Assembly (NCBI GenBank): GCA_009103225.1
Contig: RHPI01003369.1
Location: 851,490-915,489 of the forward strand
Source: Chlorokybus atmophyticus
Lineage: Eukaryota; Plantae; Mesostigma and Chlorokybus algae
DNA: 64,000 bases
Direction: 5' to 3'
The notes under the pieces were generated by a model. It worked only from the letters and a program-made list of their open reading frames with translations. It was not told the DNA's origin and ran no database searches. Positions 46,677 to 59,146 of this stretch are shown here, piece by piece (within the stretch, counting starts at the first letter, position 1; each line of letters opens with the position of its first letter). A program made the translations under genes and the position numbers.

Positions 46677-48799
46677 CTAGCTCGCCCCCTTGATTTTGCC
46701 TTTGCTACTGCTGCTGCTCATCTCCCCCATCTCCCTTCTCACCAACTCCCGCTCCTTCTCCTTGTCCTTCTCCCTCTCTTTCTCTCTCTCCTCTCCTGCA
46801 CGCTCCCACTCCGCGACCACGCAGTCCCCGGGCCTGAGCCAGTCCATTGCAAGGGTCGTATCCGCCACGCTATCCCTCTCTCCACCACTACTTCCTCGCC
46901 TCACCACCAACTCACTTCCAGCCTGAGCAGCAGACATCCCCGTTGAGGCCAACTCCTTCGCGCGTGCCCGCAGCGAGCCCACGGTTGTAGATGGGTGGAT
47001 GGGTAAGGTTCCCAACAGCGAGTGACCCGCCTGTGTGAGAAGAGAGGTTATAGATGATGTTGTGTTGGGTAATGAGAATGGTGTTGGGTAGGTGCTTCTC
47101 ACCTGTTGGCCATTGAAGACGGCGATCTCGCCAATCTTAGGTTCAGTGCCTGTTGTTGTGGTGCTGTTATCTCCTACCCCGTGCGATCTCTCCTTGGCGG
47201 GTGGGTTGTAGTCACTTGTGCTGATCTTCTCACCAACGCCAAGCAGCAGCTTCGCCAGCTGGCGAGCAGGATGACAAGGTGAGCACTAGTCAAGCTTGCT
47301 GGGAGCAAAGAACATAACAAGAGTGTGCCTATTTGAGTTCAACACCTGTTTGCGCTCCGCATCATGGTGCTTCTTCTCCTGCAACAGGCGCCACTGCTGT
47401 GCCACAAGCTCCCCACTGATGCGCTCCAGTGACTGATGGGTGCACACATCCACATATGAGCTCGCATTCACAATTGCTGTATCATTCTTCCACACCAGCA
47501 GCTGCTGCATACCTCCTCGCGCTCACTCAGTCGTGCCTGGTGCGACTGCACACGCCGCGTATGATCCTCTTTCGACCGTTCCAGTTCAGCAACAGCCCTG
47601 CACAACACAGTATCAGTACAATGGGAGTTCGGTTGACGAGGGCAGTAGTATGCATCTGTACCCACCTTGCCAGTGAACGCTCGTTCTCGTCTCTGTCCAC
47701 CAGGGCCTTTCTCTGGGTTCCCCATCAGTCAGTGGTTGTGGCGGAGGCTTAGCTGCAATTATAACAGTTATGATGGCACTCACTCTGGTCTCTTCAAAGG
47801 CGTTGCGCTCTTCTGAAAGTTTCCTCCTCTCCGTCTTCACGTACTCAGCCTCGGCCTAGCAGCACACACGCAGCTGGCGAGTTAAACTCACAATCCCTAT
47901 ATGTCCTTTCATATAGCTCTTACACGCACACTAGTGCATGCACCTGCAGCGTGGCCCTGTCTCGCTCCATCTGCATCATGATCTCGCTGATCTCCGCCCG
48001 CCGCTGCACCCTCTCACCCTCCAGCTGCAGCCAACATGCACGCTTATGTAGACCGTTGTGGAACAACCATAGCCATAACGCAACAACGACAACGACAGCA
48101 ACAGCATGCTTACTGAGTCGCGCTCCTTTGCAATGGTGCGGCTGGCGGCGTCGATGGAGGCGCGCATATCGGCCGAGGCCGTCTCGAGGTCCCTCTTCTC
48201 GCCGTCTTCACAGCACAAAGTAAACCACAAAATGACCACATGCAGACAGCAAACAATTAGCCTCGTCAGAGAGACTGACGTCATAATGTCTAACGCAGAC
48301 TTACTCACCTAGCTTGGTCTTCATGGCTTCAAGCTGTGACACCGCCTGGCTCCTCGAGTGCTCAAACTCAACCCTCTCGTTTTCTGTACAGAAAGAATAC
48401 TAATGGTTGATTGTCACGTTTGAAAAATTGGGTGAAGTAGACTGAGTTTGACACGCACAGTTGAGTACAAGTGTTGTTACCTACGGCTTTCATCTCCAAG
48501 GACATCTGCACCTTCATCCTTTCCAGATCGGCCTGCTTGTCTCGCAAAGACGCTTCCAAGCAGTTGAAAATTCCTGCCCACTCCCCTCTGACCTGTCATC
48601 AGAAGCACTCCACTTGATCAACATGTCCCTGAAAGGTCACATGCAGAGCACACTCTCGCTGGGTGCTCACCTGGTGGTACACTGTGTCCATGGCTTCCAC
48701 CGCCGACGCCGCGGATAGTATGGTGGTGGCACCTAAAGGCAAAAACGACGACGACAAGGAGGCGTACGCCATCTGCTTCGTGTGCTCCTGCTTCGCCAT
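46677..48799 (-). CDS. Coiled-coil protein with a probable C-terminal ubiquitin-like domain
   Basis: Start MAKQEHTKQ at 48799; about 10 short exons encode heptad-rich helices (LRDKQADLERMK, ERKKLSEERN-like). Last exon LGTLPIHPSTTVGSLRARAKEL...ELVVRRG...DTTLAMDWLRPGDCVVAE; stop at 46677. Confidence 0.65.
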
Positions 48800-49480
48800 G
48801 GCGCCACCGCCGCCGCCGCCGTCGCCGCTCACGTGACAGCACCTGATTTAGAAAGTGATTTGGATCGACCTGGCTGCAAGCATATCACCGCCGGCAGGTT
48901 CTGCTATAAGCATAGACAATCGACATGTGGCATAGCATTGCCAGTGTGGATTGCTAATGACAGGCATGAGTCCCACGTGGCCAATTGAGCCGATGTGTGT
49001 AACGGTTCGTCTCGGTTTCGCCTTGCTGCCTAACCACCCCTTGCCCTGCCGCCGTTTTACCAAAGAACACTCCTGCCGGTTCATGTCCGGTTATGTAAGC
49101 TCATCAGTTGGCTTGGTCTCTGCTTGCTGGCGAACTCGTGACTGGCAAGTTGAACGGCGTTGCTGGTCCACCGTTCGCGTCAGTCGTCAAGTCTACGCGC
49201 TTGTTCCCGCGCGACTGTTGTCAGCCTGCATTAGGGTTTGCGTCAGCGTGCAGCGCAGCCGCTGCTTGCTGCGGGCGGCGGCGTGGGTGGCGGCGTGGGT
49301 GGCGGCGGAAGCTTCGTGCAGGCTGACTTGATTGTTGCCTGTGTGTCTGCTACTTCTCGGTAGCGACATTGATAGCTCCATGCTTGTACTGTAAGTTGGA
49401 GTTGGCTGTGCGGTTGTTCGCAGCTGCGGGGCCAGCGCCAGGGCCGGCGCCAAGGCGACGACCAGGGGAACGGTCCTGCG

Positions 49481-52400
49481 ATGTCGCAAGCTCGGCGATC
49501 GTCCCTCCCTCAGCAGCAGCCTCAGCAGCAGTCTCAACTGCCTTCGCCCCCTCAGCAGCAGCAATCCCAGCAGCAACCGCAGGTGTTTGGCATATTCGTG
49601 CGTCGGCTGTTGTCGTTCTTACTGTTGCGTGGCAATTGGCGGTGCATCTTGAGTTTGGGAAAGCGACGATGTAAGGGAGCAGGTTTGAAGCGTGGCTCCT
49701 TAGGTCGGGTTGTGCTTGAGGCATGTGCATATCAGTTAGGTTTAGCTTAGCCGACGTCACGCATGACGGCATCTTGCAGTTTTGCACAATGTCGGTCGGC
49801 ATTGTGGTTCACACTCAAGTGTAACGAGCAAAGTCGCAGGGTTAATAGGGTTAGCGCACGTTCAGCAATGTGCGATATGAGGCGGCTTGTTTGCTTGGGC
49901 GGCGCACACACCAATCTGGGGCGGCCCAATTGATTGTCAGTGTCTTTGCGTGAGATCTGCTCGCCTGCCGGTATATGGCATTCTGTGCCTATGCGCAGCC
50001 TAGAACAATGTACAAGATATGTAAGATAAGGTTTTACATATTTATATTTGTTGTCCAAAGCGCCCCCCNTTGGGCGGGGCCATGAAGAAGCCGTAGCTGC
50101 ACACAGTGCCCGCCAAGCGGAATCCTGAGGGGACAGGCAAGCGGAAGAGCTCCTGCCCGCTAACATCCGGGCCAGCTGTTGACTGTTGTGGGCAAGTTGC
50201 CGGTTGTGTATCAACAACTTGCTGTGTGCTTGATTCGAATGTAGTAGCCTGTGCAGTGGCGAGGATCGATCCCTCCCCTCCCCTCTCCCTGTCGCCTGGC
50301 TGTACGCACTCCGGTAGGTTGGAGTGCGTACAGCCAGGCTGATGTCACGTGTAATTGTAGCACAGCAGCCAATGCGTTGTTGGTTTGGTTTTCAATTTGG
50401 ACTCCGTTGTGATGTACTGCTGCAACGGGGAGTGCTGTGCATGTTGGCGTGTCTTTGGCAAGTTGACTATAGGTGTAGGTAGCCAGTTCAAGGTAGCTAG
50501 TTCAGTTTCGTCTGCATTGCTGAGCTGGCACTGAAAGGACAAAACACAGTCAATGCGAGTTGCAACGGTGATCAACAGAGCATGCAATGGCAGGCCCAGC
50601 ATGGCATTGTGTGGCAAGCTGTTGTTATGTTGCATGTGGTTGTGCGGCATCAACACAGCTGAAGTGCATGTATATTTGCTCAGCAGCAAGAGAGGGGCCA
50701 GCAGTGGCGACCAGTATGGCGAGGAGGGGGAGCATACAGGGGTCGAGGCAAGCGGGTGCAAGGTGATAGCAACGGCCACGCCTCACATCGATCCCATGAC
50801 AGCGATCACAGCAACGAAAGCCATCATGAACAGTTTGATCAGGTGCCTTTCATAACTCGGTTTCTTGTGTCTTTGCAGCTATTGCCACAACACTCACTGT
50901 GCCTGCCACAGTTGCCGCAGTCACTTGACGATAGGATGAACGATGATGAACGGCTTCAGCACGAGATACGCGAGGTTGCTGACCGCATTGCTCAAATGCA
51001 GGTTTGTGTGTTTTGCTTCAGCTACGCGACATAGTCTTGTGTGCCTCGCATCGTTGTACTCTGACAGCAAATGACTGGACATTGCAGCGGGTGGAGAACG
51101 ACCTACGATCGCAGCTGGCCGCTCGAAGCGAGGTTGCCCGGCTGCAGAAGGCTTTGGCAGACTCGCAGGAGCATGTTGAGCAGATAGAGGCTGGGCACAG
51201 AGTAAGTTGCGCTTGATTTTGCCACAGTCTTGTCGTTTGCACAACAACAGGTTTCAGTACTCTGTTCGTATGCACTTGCATGTATCTAGATGCATACATG
51301 CATGTGTTCTTATCTAGTATGGAAGATTGGTGTGCACTGATTACAGTGGCTGATTGACCTTTCTGACCTGCACTGCAATCACAGCAAGCTTTGTGGGAGA
51401 AAGATGAGCACTTGCAGCAGCTTGCACAGCAAGTACAGCAGAAGGAAGCTGAGGTGGGTTCAGAAGCAATGTGTGTGTGCGGCGTATGTCCAGGTCTTTG
51501 TCTGGTTGTCAACAGTCAAGTCCATGTGCAGCTGTGGGCCAAAGAGACACAACTACAAGAACGCGATGAGCAGATCTCAGAAGCCAGGTGAGATCAAGTG
51601 CAGGTCGGGTACTGAGGTCGCAAAGCTTCTCGAGATGCATGTTGAGCCAGCCACTTCATTGCAGGCGTCAGGTTGGAGACGAGCTGAATGCAGAGCGCAC
51701 ACGGGCATCTGCTTTGGAGGCTGATGTAGCCGAACGAGATCGACGACTGGAGCAGCTTGAGCGCCAGCTGGATGGACTTCTTGCACGCGAGGAGGAAGCT
51801 GAGCGGCAATTGCAGGATGCAAATAACCAGGTACAAAGAGCCGGCAGGCATTACCGGTGTAGTAGGTAAACGTATATATTGCAGGATGCAAATAACCAGG
51901 TACAAAGAGCCGGCAGGCATTACCGGTGTAGTAGGTAAACGTATATATGCAAGCCAGATATAGCCTCGTGATTTGCACTTTTCTTGCTCATGATGCTCAT
52001 GGTGCGTTGAGCCAAGCGTCGTGTGTATTACATGTCTAGCTTGAGGAGCAATTGGAGCATGTGCGCAACAAGGATGCACAGTTGGTGGATACATCACAGC
52101 ACGTTGAAGACATGCGGCAGCAATGGGCGCAGCAGATTGAAGAGATGCGTCAGTACCACCTTCAACAGGTAGACCACAGTCTCACGGACGGTGCATACAA
52201 CATCTCATAGCTGCCATGTTGACCGCTTCGCCATTCGCAGGCTCATGGCCTACAACAGCAGCTGCGCGAAACGCGGGAGCAGTTGCATGGCATGTGGCTG
52301 GGCAGCCAGGCAGCAGCTGCTCAGCATGTAGAGCGTGAGAATTACCATCGCGCCTACGTTCACCAGCTACAGGTGAACATGTGATGAGCTTATCATGCCA

Positions 52401-53270
52401 GTGTTCGCGTAATGTAGGTTGCACCTTTGCATTGTAGCGGCAGACAGTCTGCATATGTGCCTGTGCATGCAGTCTGTTGTCAAAGCGAAAGTTTTGTTGA
52501 AACACCAGGTGCAACTGAAGGAAGCCCACGACAGGCTAGCAGCAGCTGGTATTCAGCCAGTGACAAACAACCGCGCATTCCCTGCTGAGTTTGTGCCACA
52601 ACAGAACTCAAATATGCGGTTATCTGACCCCCTTCCCAATGCAACCGCCACAAACATTCTGCTCGCTACTCAACCGCATCCCCAATCTGTCATGGCGCCT
52701 GGTCTGCCAATCAGTACACCCCCCCCCACTAGTTTGCGGCCAGCCAATGGCACACCGCCACAGCCCGCGCTACCAAACGCTCAAGCTTCTACTCAGGTGC
52801 TCTGAAGTGCGTTATGTTGCAACATGTACCTAAGCTTCAACGCATTGTATGTCTCTCATTCATGTTGCTAGTCAAGGTTGCAGTTCTGTGTTGCAGGTCG
52901 ATGAATGCTTGCTGTGCTATCTGCTGACAGTTTGTTTCTGCGTGTCCAGGCCGAGCACAGTTCTGAAGCACAAGCCCCGTCCAATCACATGTCGCAAGGG
53001 GTTGCTGCAGCATCTCTCGCCAATGGACTATCTGCCGCAGCAGGACCATTCCGGTTTGGGTCGCTACCGACGCCAGATCCAACACTGCTTCAGACCCTGA
53101 TGCCGGTACCTAACAAGAACGGCGTCATCGGGCCCAAGTTGGAAAGCACTACGTCGGCAGTGGCTGTCACGCCCATAGCAGTCGTGCGGCCGGCAAGCCA
53201 AGGACGCAACAGCAACATTGCCAAAGCGCAGAATCAAAGTGTTCTGCAGCACGATGAGCTGCAGACACAG

Positions 53271-53302
<32 letters not shown>

Positions 53303-53420
53303 ACAGCAGCCGCAAGAACAGCATCCGCCTGAGCCCATGCTTGGTGACAAGTCGGGAGTCAGGAAGGATTCACAACGCCGGCATGACAACCGCAAACCGA
53401 AGGTGGTTGTTGCGGCGTGA
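49481..53420 (+). CDS. Gln-rich coiled-coil protein with RGG-like motif and disordered C-terminus
   Basis: Exon 1 MSQARRSSLPQQQPQQQ...PQ|GT, then exons from ~50684 (WRGGGAYRGRGKR, DDERLQHEIREV, RSEVARLQKALADS, ERDRRLEQLERQL), ending in polyQ and a stop at 53420. The link across the first intron, which contains an N, is uncertain. Confidence 0.6.
50070..50270. repeat. 201-bp identical copy of 60918-61118
   Basis: Base-for-base match by inspection; an N lies at 50069. Confidence 0.95.
51809..51946. repeat. Perfect 69-bp tandem duplication
   Basis: ATTGCAGGATGCAAATAACCAGGTACAAAG...GTAAACGTATAT twice. Confidence 0.95.
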
Positions 53421-54697
53421 TTGGCTGGTTTGTACAACTGCGTACGTGTTTACTGAGTGGTCGGGCACAGGACGGTTCAACCAAGAGAGATGACAGGTGG
53501 CGAAGCAAAGGCAACGAGAAGATGCACGAATTGCCTGAGCGCACGCAATAGCAAGATCTGGCACATGAACGCCTAACAAGCCGTGCCAAACTTGAGCATC
53601 CAGACTCGGCCAAGCTGCTGCCATCTGTTAGCATGTTGTTGGAGGCTTGCCTAGTGACAACCTGTCTTGATGCTGTTTATGACAAGTGGGTCACCAATCA
53701 TTGCGCCACACAATAATAACGAGTTCACAACAAGCTGACAACATGTGCCAGCGGCATGATTCTGCTTGTGCTTGCGCGTACGATTCATTGCTGAAGTTGA
53801 GAATGGTATGCGTGAGCTGTGCTATGCAGGTTGCTGGACCGCAGGGGTGCCTCCAGCTACTTGCACTGGTTCTGGCCACATGTACATTTGTATATGTAGA
53901 CTGCTGCATAATCTTCAATTAGGGTACAAATGCACATGTGCGCAAGTGTGTGCACTTATCAACCAAGTCTGTATAGCAGTAAAAAGAAATCACACATTAT
54001 TCCTGCGTCTTCGCACTGCTCTCGGGGACCAAGCCCTCGTGAAAACGTTTGCACGCAGTGTGTTACGTTATGTGAATATTGTGTACTGGGTAGGCAGCTA
54101 CGTGTATATGCATGACATTGTTAAGCTGTGATGTATGCATCATGATTGTAAGAAGCTCACTCGCAGGGTAAAAATTCTGCTATGGGGTTGTTGAGTCGGC
54201 GTCAAGACGTTGAGTGCCGTTGATGGACATGCATTGTTTCAGCAAAAGTGCGATCAACAAGTCGGTCCATGCAAAGTTTTATGCCATATTTTCATGACAC
54301 ATTGCAAGCCACTCCAGTCATTAAGGCATCGCATCCATTCAGACTGCAAGTTGCGACATAGTTGTAAGCGCAAATCTTGTGTCAAACATGGCTGGGTTGT
54401 TGCAAGATATGTTCAAGCAAGGCTGCAGGCTGTTGCCTTGCTTGAACATAGAAGAGCAGCGTCGAGTCAACACTATCTCCTTAACAAAAAACGTAAAAAG
54501 AATGTTCTGAACACCCGTCCATTTGGCCTCCCGGGAGATTTTGAATCAACTCGTTAGCGGATTGGGGAAACTGCAAGGAGGATAAGTCCCATGCCTGGCT
54601 TTACTTGCATGCCATTTGATGTAACCACAATCGTGCCATGCTCGCATGCTATGTATTGTATTGGATGCCTATGCAAAACCCAACTGGAGTTGATGCT

Positions 54698-55100
54698 GAT
54701 GGAAACGACGCAACCAGGCGCCTGTGCACGCTAATGTTGGAAGAAAACCTCTTACCGCACCACTTCATACAATTTAACAACACATACACAGCACAGATTA
54801 TGTACCTCTACAGCATGTGGCGCTGATGCAAACAACTCAACCAGGCGCCTGTGCACACTACCGTCGGGAGACAACCTCTTATTGCATCAATAGAGTGCCA
54901 TACAACCTAACAACACATATACAGCACAGACTACTATCCTCTAGAGCATGGCGGTGCTGATACTGATTCAACAATGCAACCAGGCACCTGTGCACCCTAA
55001 TGTTGGAAGAAATCCTCTTGTTGCATTACTCTATACAGTGCCATACAACCTGACAACGAATACACATCACAGATTATTTAACCCTCTACAGCATGCGACG
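54698..55100. repeat. Three diverged ~127-143-bp tandem units
   Basis: Each has CAACCAGGC(G/A)CCTGTGCAC, CCTCTT, CATACAA..(T/G)ACAAC, CACAGA and CCTCTA(C/G)AGCATG. Confidence 0.85.
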
Positions 55101-55129
55101 CAGCTAGTTCAAAGGCCACTGCGACACTA

Positions 55130-57269
55130 TGTACAGCAGTATGAATACAACACGCATGCCTCCCAGCGGAAGCGCTCACACAAAGGGGCTGTCAATGTGC
55201 ACCTCATTGAAGTTGGAAATCGCTCTGCGGCAGCAAGGGCACTGCACACCAAAAGCACACGTTACCAATTGTGACTGGTACTCAATACAACTTTACCCAC
55301 CCCACCTGTGATGTGCCACGGTTGGGTTGCGACTGGCCCCAAGCATTGAGGCAGCTGCGATGGAACTTATGATGCCGGCCACATTGCGGGGTGGCCGAGA
55401 AGACAACATCCTGGTTCACAAAAAAGCCCTCGCGGCAGATCACGCACATGCCGTAGCTCTCGTGCGCCAGCAGGAACTCGTCATAGCGCAGACTGTGCTG
55501 GTGCGCCAACTCAAGATCCTGCATGTCAAGAACCATAAGTATATGCTGTGTAACAACAGAGCGCTAGGGAGCAACACCATTTGATAACTCACTACAACAA
55601 TTGTCTGTGCAGCATGTATCATAGATGCAGCATTGCACATGTTGCTATTTATTTCTTCAACGTACATCAGGTGCCTTGCAGTTGCAGATATAATGTGCAC
55701 GGCACAACGACTTCCATAAACACAAAGGTAATTACATATGGGCGATAGGCAACTTCCCTGACATGGGCCTACCTGGAGCAACGCATCCAGGGTGACTTTG
55801 CCTGCCTGCAGACGCTCTCTCATCTCCTCAAACTTATTGCAGTAGTTCGAGTGAAGGCGCAAAGCAACCTCCTGCCCACAGTCCCAAACCGCCATCGCAC
55901 CCAAACCACCAGCTGTCCAGACACACACACCTCTCAGTTCAACAAGTAGCGCAGCCAACATCATACCTACATGTTTGCGCCGCACATGCAGCTCGCACAT
56001 GCGATGCTGTCCGTCGCTGTACCCAATCACCAAACATGCTTGCACACATGCTTGCAATAATAAGCTGCCATGCTTTGTGTGATCAATGCCATCACCGGCG
56101 AACGCGGTGCCTCCGCCCCACACTGCCGCCATGGGCGGTATGCCTAGTATGCAGAACGCGGCGAAGGCGGCTCCCGCGCAGAAGGCGGTGAGGCAGAGCG
56201 CGGTGAAGAGCGTGCGCTCCTGCAGCCAGTGCGAGGTGTCCTCCAGGAACTGCCGCAGACGCGGGCGCGCCATGATGAAGTCGTAGTCCGCACGCAGACA
56301 CCGCACGAAAGACGCCGCATCCTCCTCCTGTGCAACACACAACACTATGCCGGTGAGCAAGTGTGCACACGTTGCCAGTAGTACCTTACACATGCAGTGC
56401 AATGCGCTACACACAGCAGCACATGTACAACACTACCACGATGAGACACGCATGTGCGCTTTGTCGCTAGCACACAGCTGTCCACATGAACCACAAACAA
56501 CTACTTCGATACAAGTGTCCTTCAAGTCAACATCAATATCAATACAAGATGCAAGGTGTTGGTTGCGGTGAGAAGGGTACCTGGAGGCGGAGGGCCCATC
56601 GGGCCTGCTTGATGGATGTGGCTGTGGTGTTGCGCAAGAGCTGCAGCAGGCGGCAGATCTTGCGCTTCTGCTCCAACTCCGCGTCCCTGCAGCCCTCCGC
56701 CGGCAACGCGTTGAACCGCTCGCGCAACAACACCTGCCAAGCACACATTCCTCTATCTGTCGACACTAACCCCCTGACAAGTTTATGTCCTGCTGCATGC
56801 AGCGCTTCACAACCATGCAACAGACAATTTCACGCTGTCACAAGTGCTGGCATTCTCGGCATTGCCCGCTGATGCATCGACCACACAACTAGCTGCGACG
56901 CATGTGTACGAGCGCGTGCGCACATGCACACACACATTCAACTTTGGCAGCTGTTCTCATCCCAGACACAGGCACAAAGTACCACGACAACCAACACTAG
57001 TACGCCCCTACCTTCAGCAGGCTCGCCGTCGTGGTGAAATTCGCCACCTCCTCGAATATCCTATCCTTTACCGCCCACACGTAATCGCTCGTCTTGTTCG
57101 TCCGTTGTGGTCTGAGTCTCGACCGCTCGGGGAACGCCGACGCGCTGCCCGCCCCGTCCCTTACTGCCGTGTACTCCGCCGCGTGGGTGCGGAGTTTGGA
57201 CAGCCGCACGGAGAGGTCGAGGTCGGCGGACTCCACGCGCTGGCGCAGACGGGACTCGAGGGTGTCCAT
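55130..57269 (-). CDS. Membrane protein with C-terminal RING-H2-like zinc finger
   Basis: Start MDTLESRL at 57269; hydrophobic stretch LFTALCLTAFCAGAAFAAFCILGIPPMAAVW; CVIC...C.RHHKFHRSCLNAW. The last Cys pair and the 3' end are not resolved. Confidence 0.65.
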
Positions 57270-59146
57270 GGGAGGGGAGGAGGGGAGGCCTGAGTCTGAG
57301 CAGGTGGAGGAGGCCTGGGGGGTGGGGGGGGGGGGTTGAGAAGGGAAAACACTGTTTTGTTTGTTTGCAGCAGCCAGGCCATGCTGGTGATTGGTGTTGG
57401 TGTGAAATGGCTGTGTTGATGAGTCTGAAGGTGGGCTTTTGACTGGGATTGTGTGTTGCGTGGCGATGTTAGTAGAAGAAGCCAGAAGACGTAGATGAAG
57501 AAGAAGAAGGAGAAGGAGGAGGATAAGAAGAGAGCAGCGTGCATGCAACTGGTTAATTGATACTGTGCATTGGACTGGCTATGTGAATTGTTGCGCAAAC
57601 AATAGCGGGTGCATGCAAAGCATTGCCTGTGCTATGCACCCGCCGAGCACGAGCAAACAAACGTCAATTTGCAGTTGTCACGCAGATGCGAGCAACTGTG
57701 CTAAGATCAGCGTAAGAACCTGGTCATGGTCGGTGCTGCCGAACCCGCATGACACTATGTACCCAAAACTCCGACTGGGTTAGGCTTTGTGTGCTGAAGA
57801 AATGCTATTTAACTTGCAGATTCTGCACTCTGATCATCAGCCCTCATCCACATAGAGGCATAGCAAAATGGTGCCATGCCCAGAACTTGCAAACGACATA
57901 CCGGGACCGTGACAGACAGTGATTTGGCCCCACAATCACCGCATCATGAGCACAAGTGCTATACCGTGTTCGACTTTGGCGAGCTCCCCTCATCGCTGCC
58001 TACGCTGCCTACGCACGCGGGCTCAACGCCGCCTCCATCACAGCCAGCGGCGCTGACGCCAGCCATGCTGATAATCAGGGTTTCACACCACCTGCTTCTC
58101 TCCTGCTCCCTCTTCTATCGTCTATCCCTCCTCTCTTTCTACCTGGCCATCAATGCCTGGTGCACACATCAACCGCCGCCGCTCGGCAACGCCGCCGCGC
58201 CGCCAACGGGCCACGGCGGTACTTCACCTCTTCCCTTCTCGCCCGCCCACCCCTACGATACCTCCCTCGCCGCCCACTGCACCTACCTCACCCACCTCAC
58301 CCCACCACCTCCCCAGCTTCGCCGCCTGGGCCTGGCAGGCTGCCGAAGGTGACACCCTCCTCTGCCTGCGCTGACGTGGTTCGTGCCATCACCCTTTTTG
58401 CCCGCTGCCGCTCATGACAAGTTGTCGTTCGGCTTTGGGTGGTTACGTTTCTTGGCTGTTGGGGTCACTGACAGGATGTGTGTGATGATTGGGACCGGCC
58501 GCGGGAGGGAGAGAAAGGACCGGATCTGGGACGGTCTAATCCGGCCGGGCAGACTTTGCATCATGATGCCTTACCCCGGCTCATGGGTGTTGCTTCCGCA
58601 TGCGGGCATGATTTTCTTTACTTAGGGGGGGGGGGGGGGGGGGNNNNNNNNNNNNNNNNNNNNNNNNNNNNNNNNNNNNNNNNNNNNNNNNNNNNNNNNN
58701 NNNNNNNNNNNNNNNNNNNNNNNNNNNNNNNNNNNNNNNNNNNNNGGGGGGGGGGGGGGGGGAGAAAGAGAGTGTTTGACTAGGGTGAAATAATGCTCAC
58801 AAGAACACTGTGTATCTGCTTGTAAAGTTTGTTTGTAGGGGAGGTGAGACAGCCTGTGTCACACAGGTCATCGCGTTTTTTGCAAGCGTGTTGGGTTGCA
58901 ATGCCACACATCATCATCTTGGAGCCCACTGAAGATGCCAAGCGAATGGCCAAACATACCCGGTGCACGGCAACGTCTCATGCTACCTACGTGTTATGCG
59001 AAGATGCCTCATTGCATGGCATACATATTAGTCAACGTAAGCGGCGTGTGTCAACTCCTCACACATGCGATTGCAGAACTTATCAACTGCAAATGCCTTC
59101 ACCAATAAGCTAGCGAGTCGATAAACAGTATCTGCTTATATCAAGT

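Noticed and set aside
57876-58625. GC/Pro-rich ORFs and a TGATGA...GAAA stretch suggesting a retroelement or hammerhead ribozyme
   Set aside because: No CUGANGA core with pairable stems and no recognisable protein motif; adjoins a poly-G/N gap
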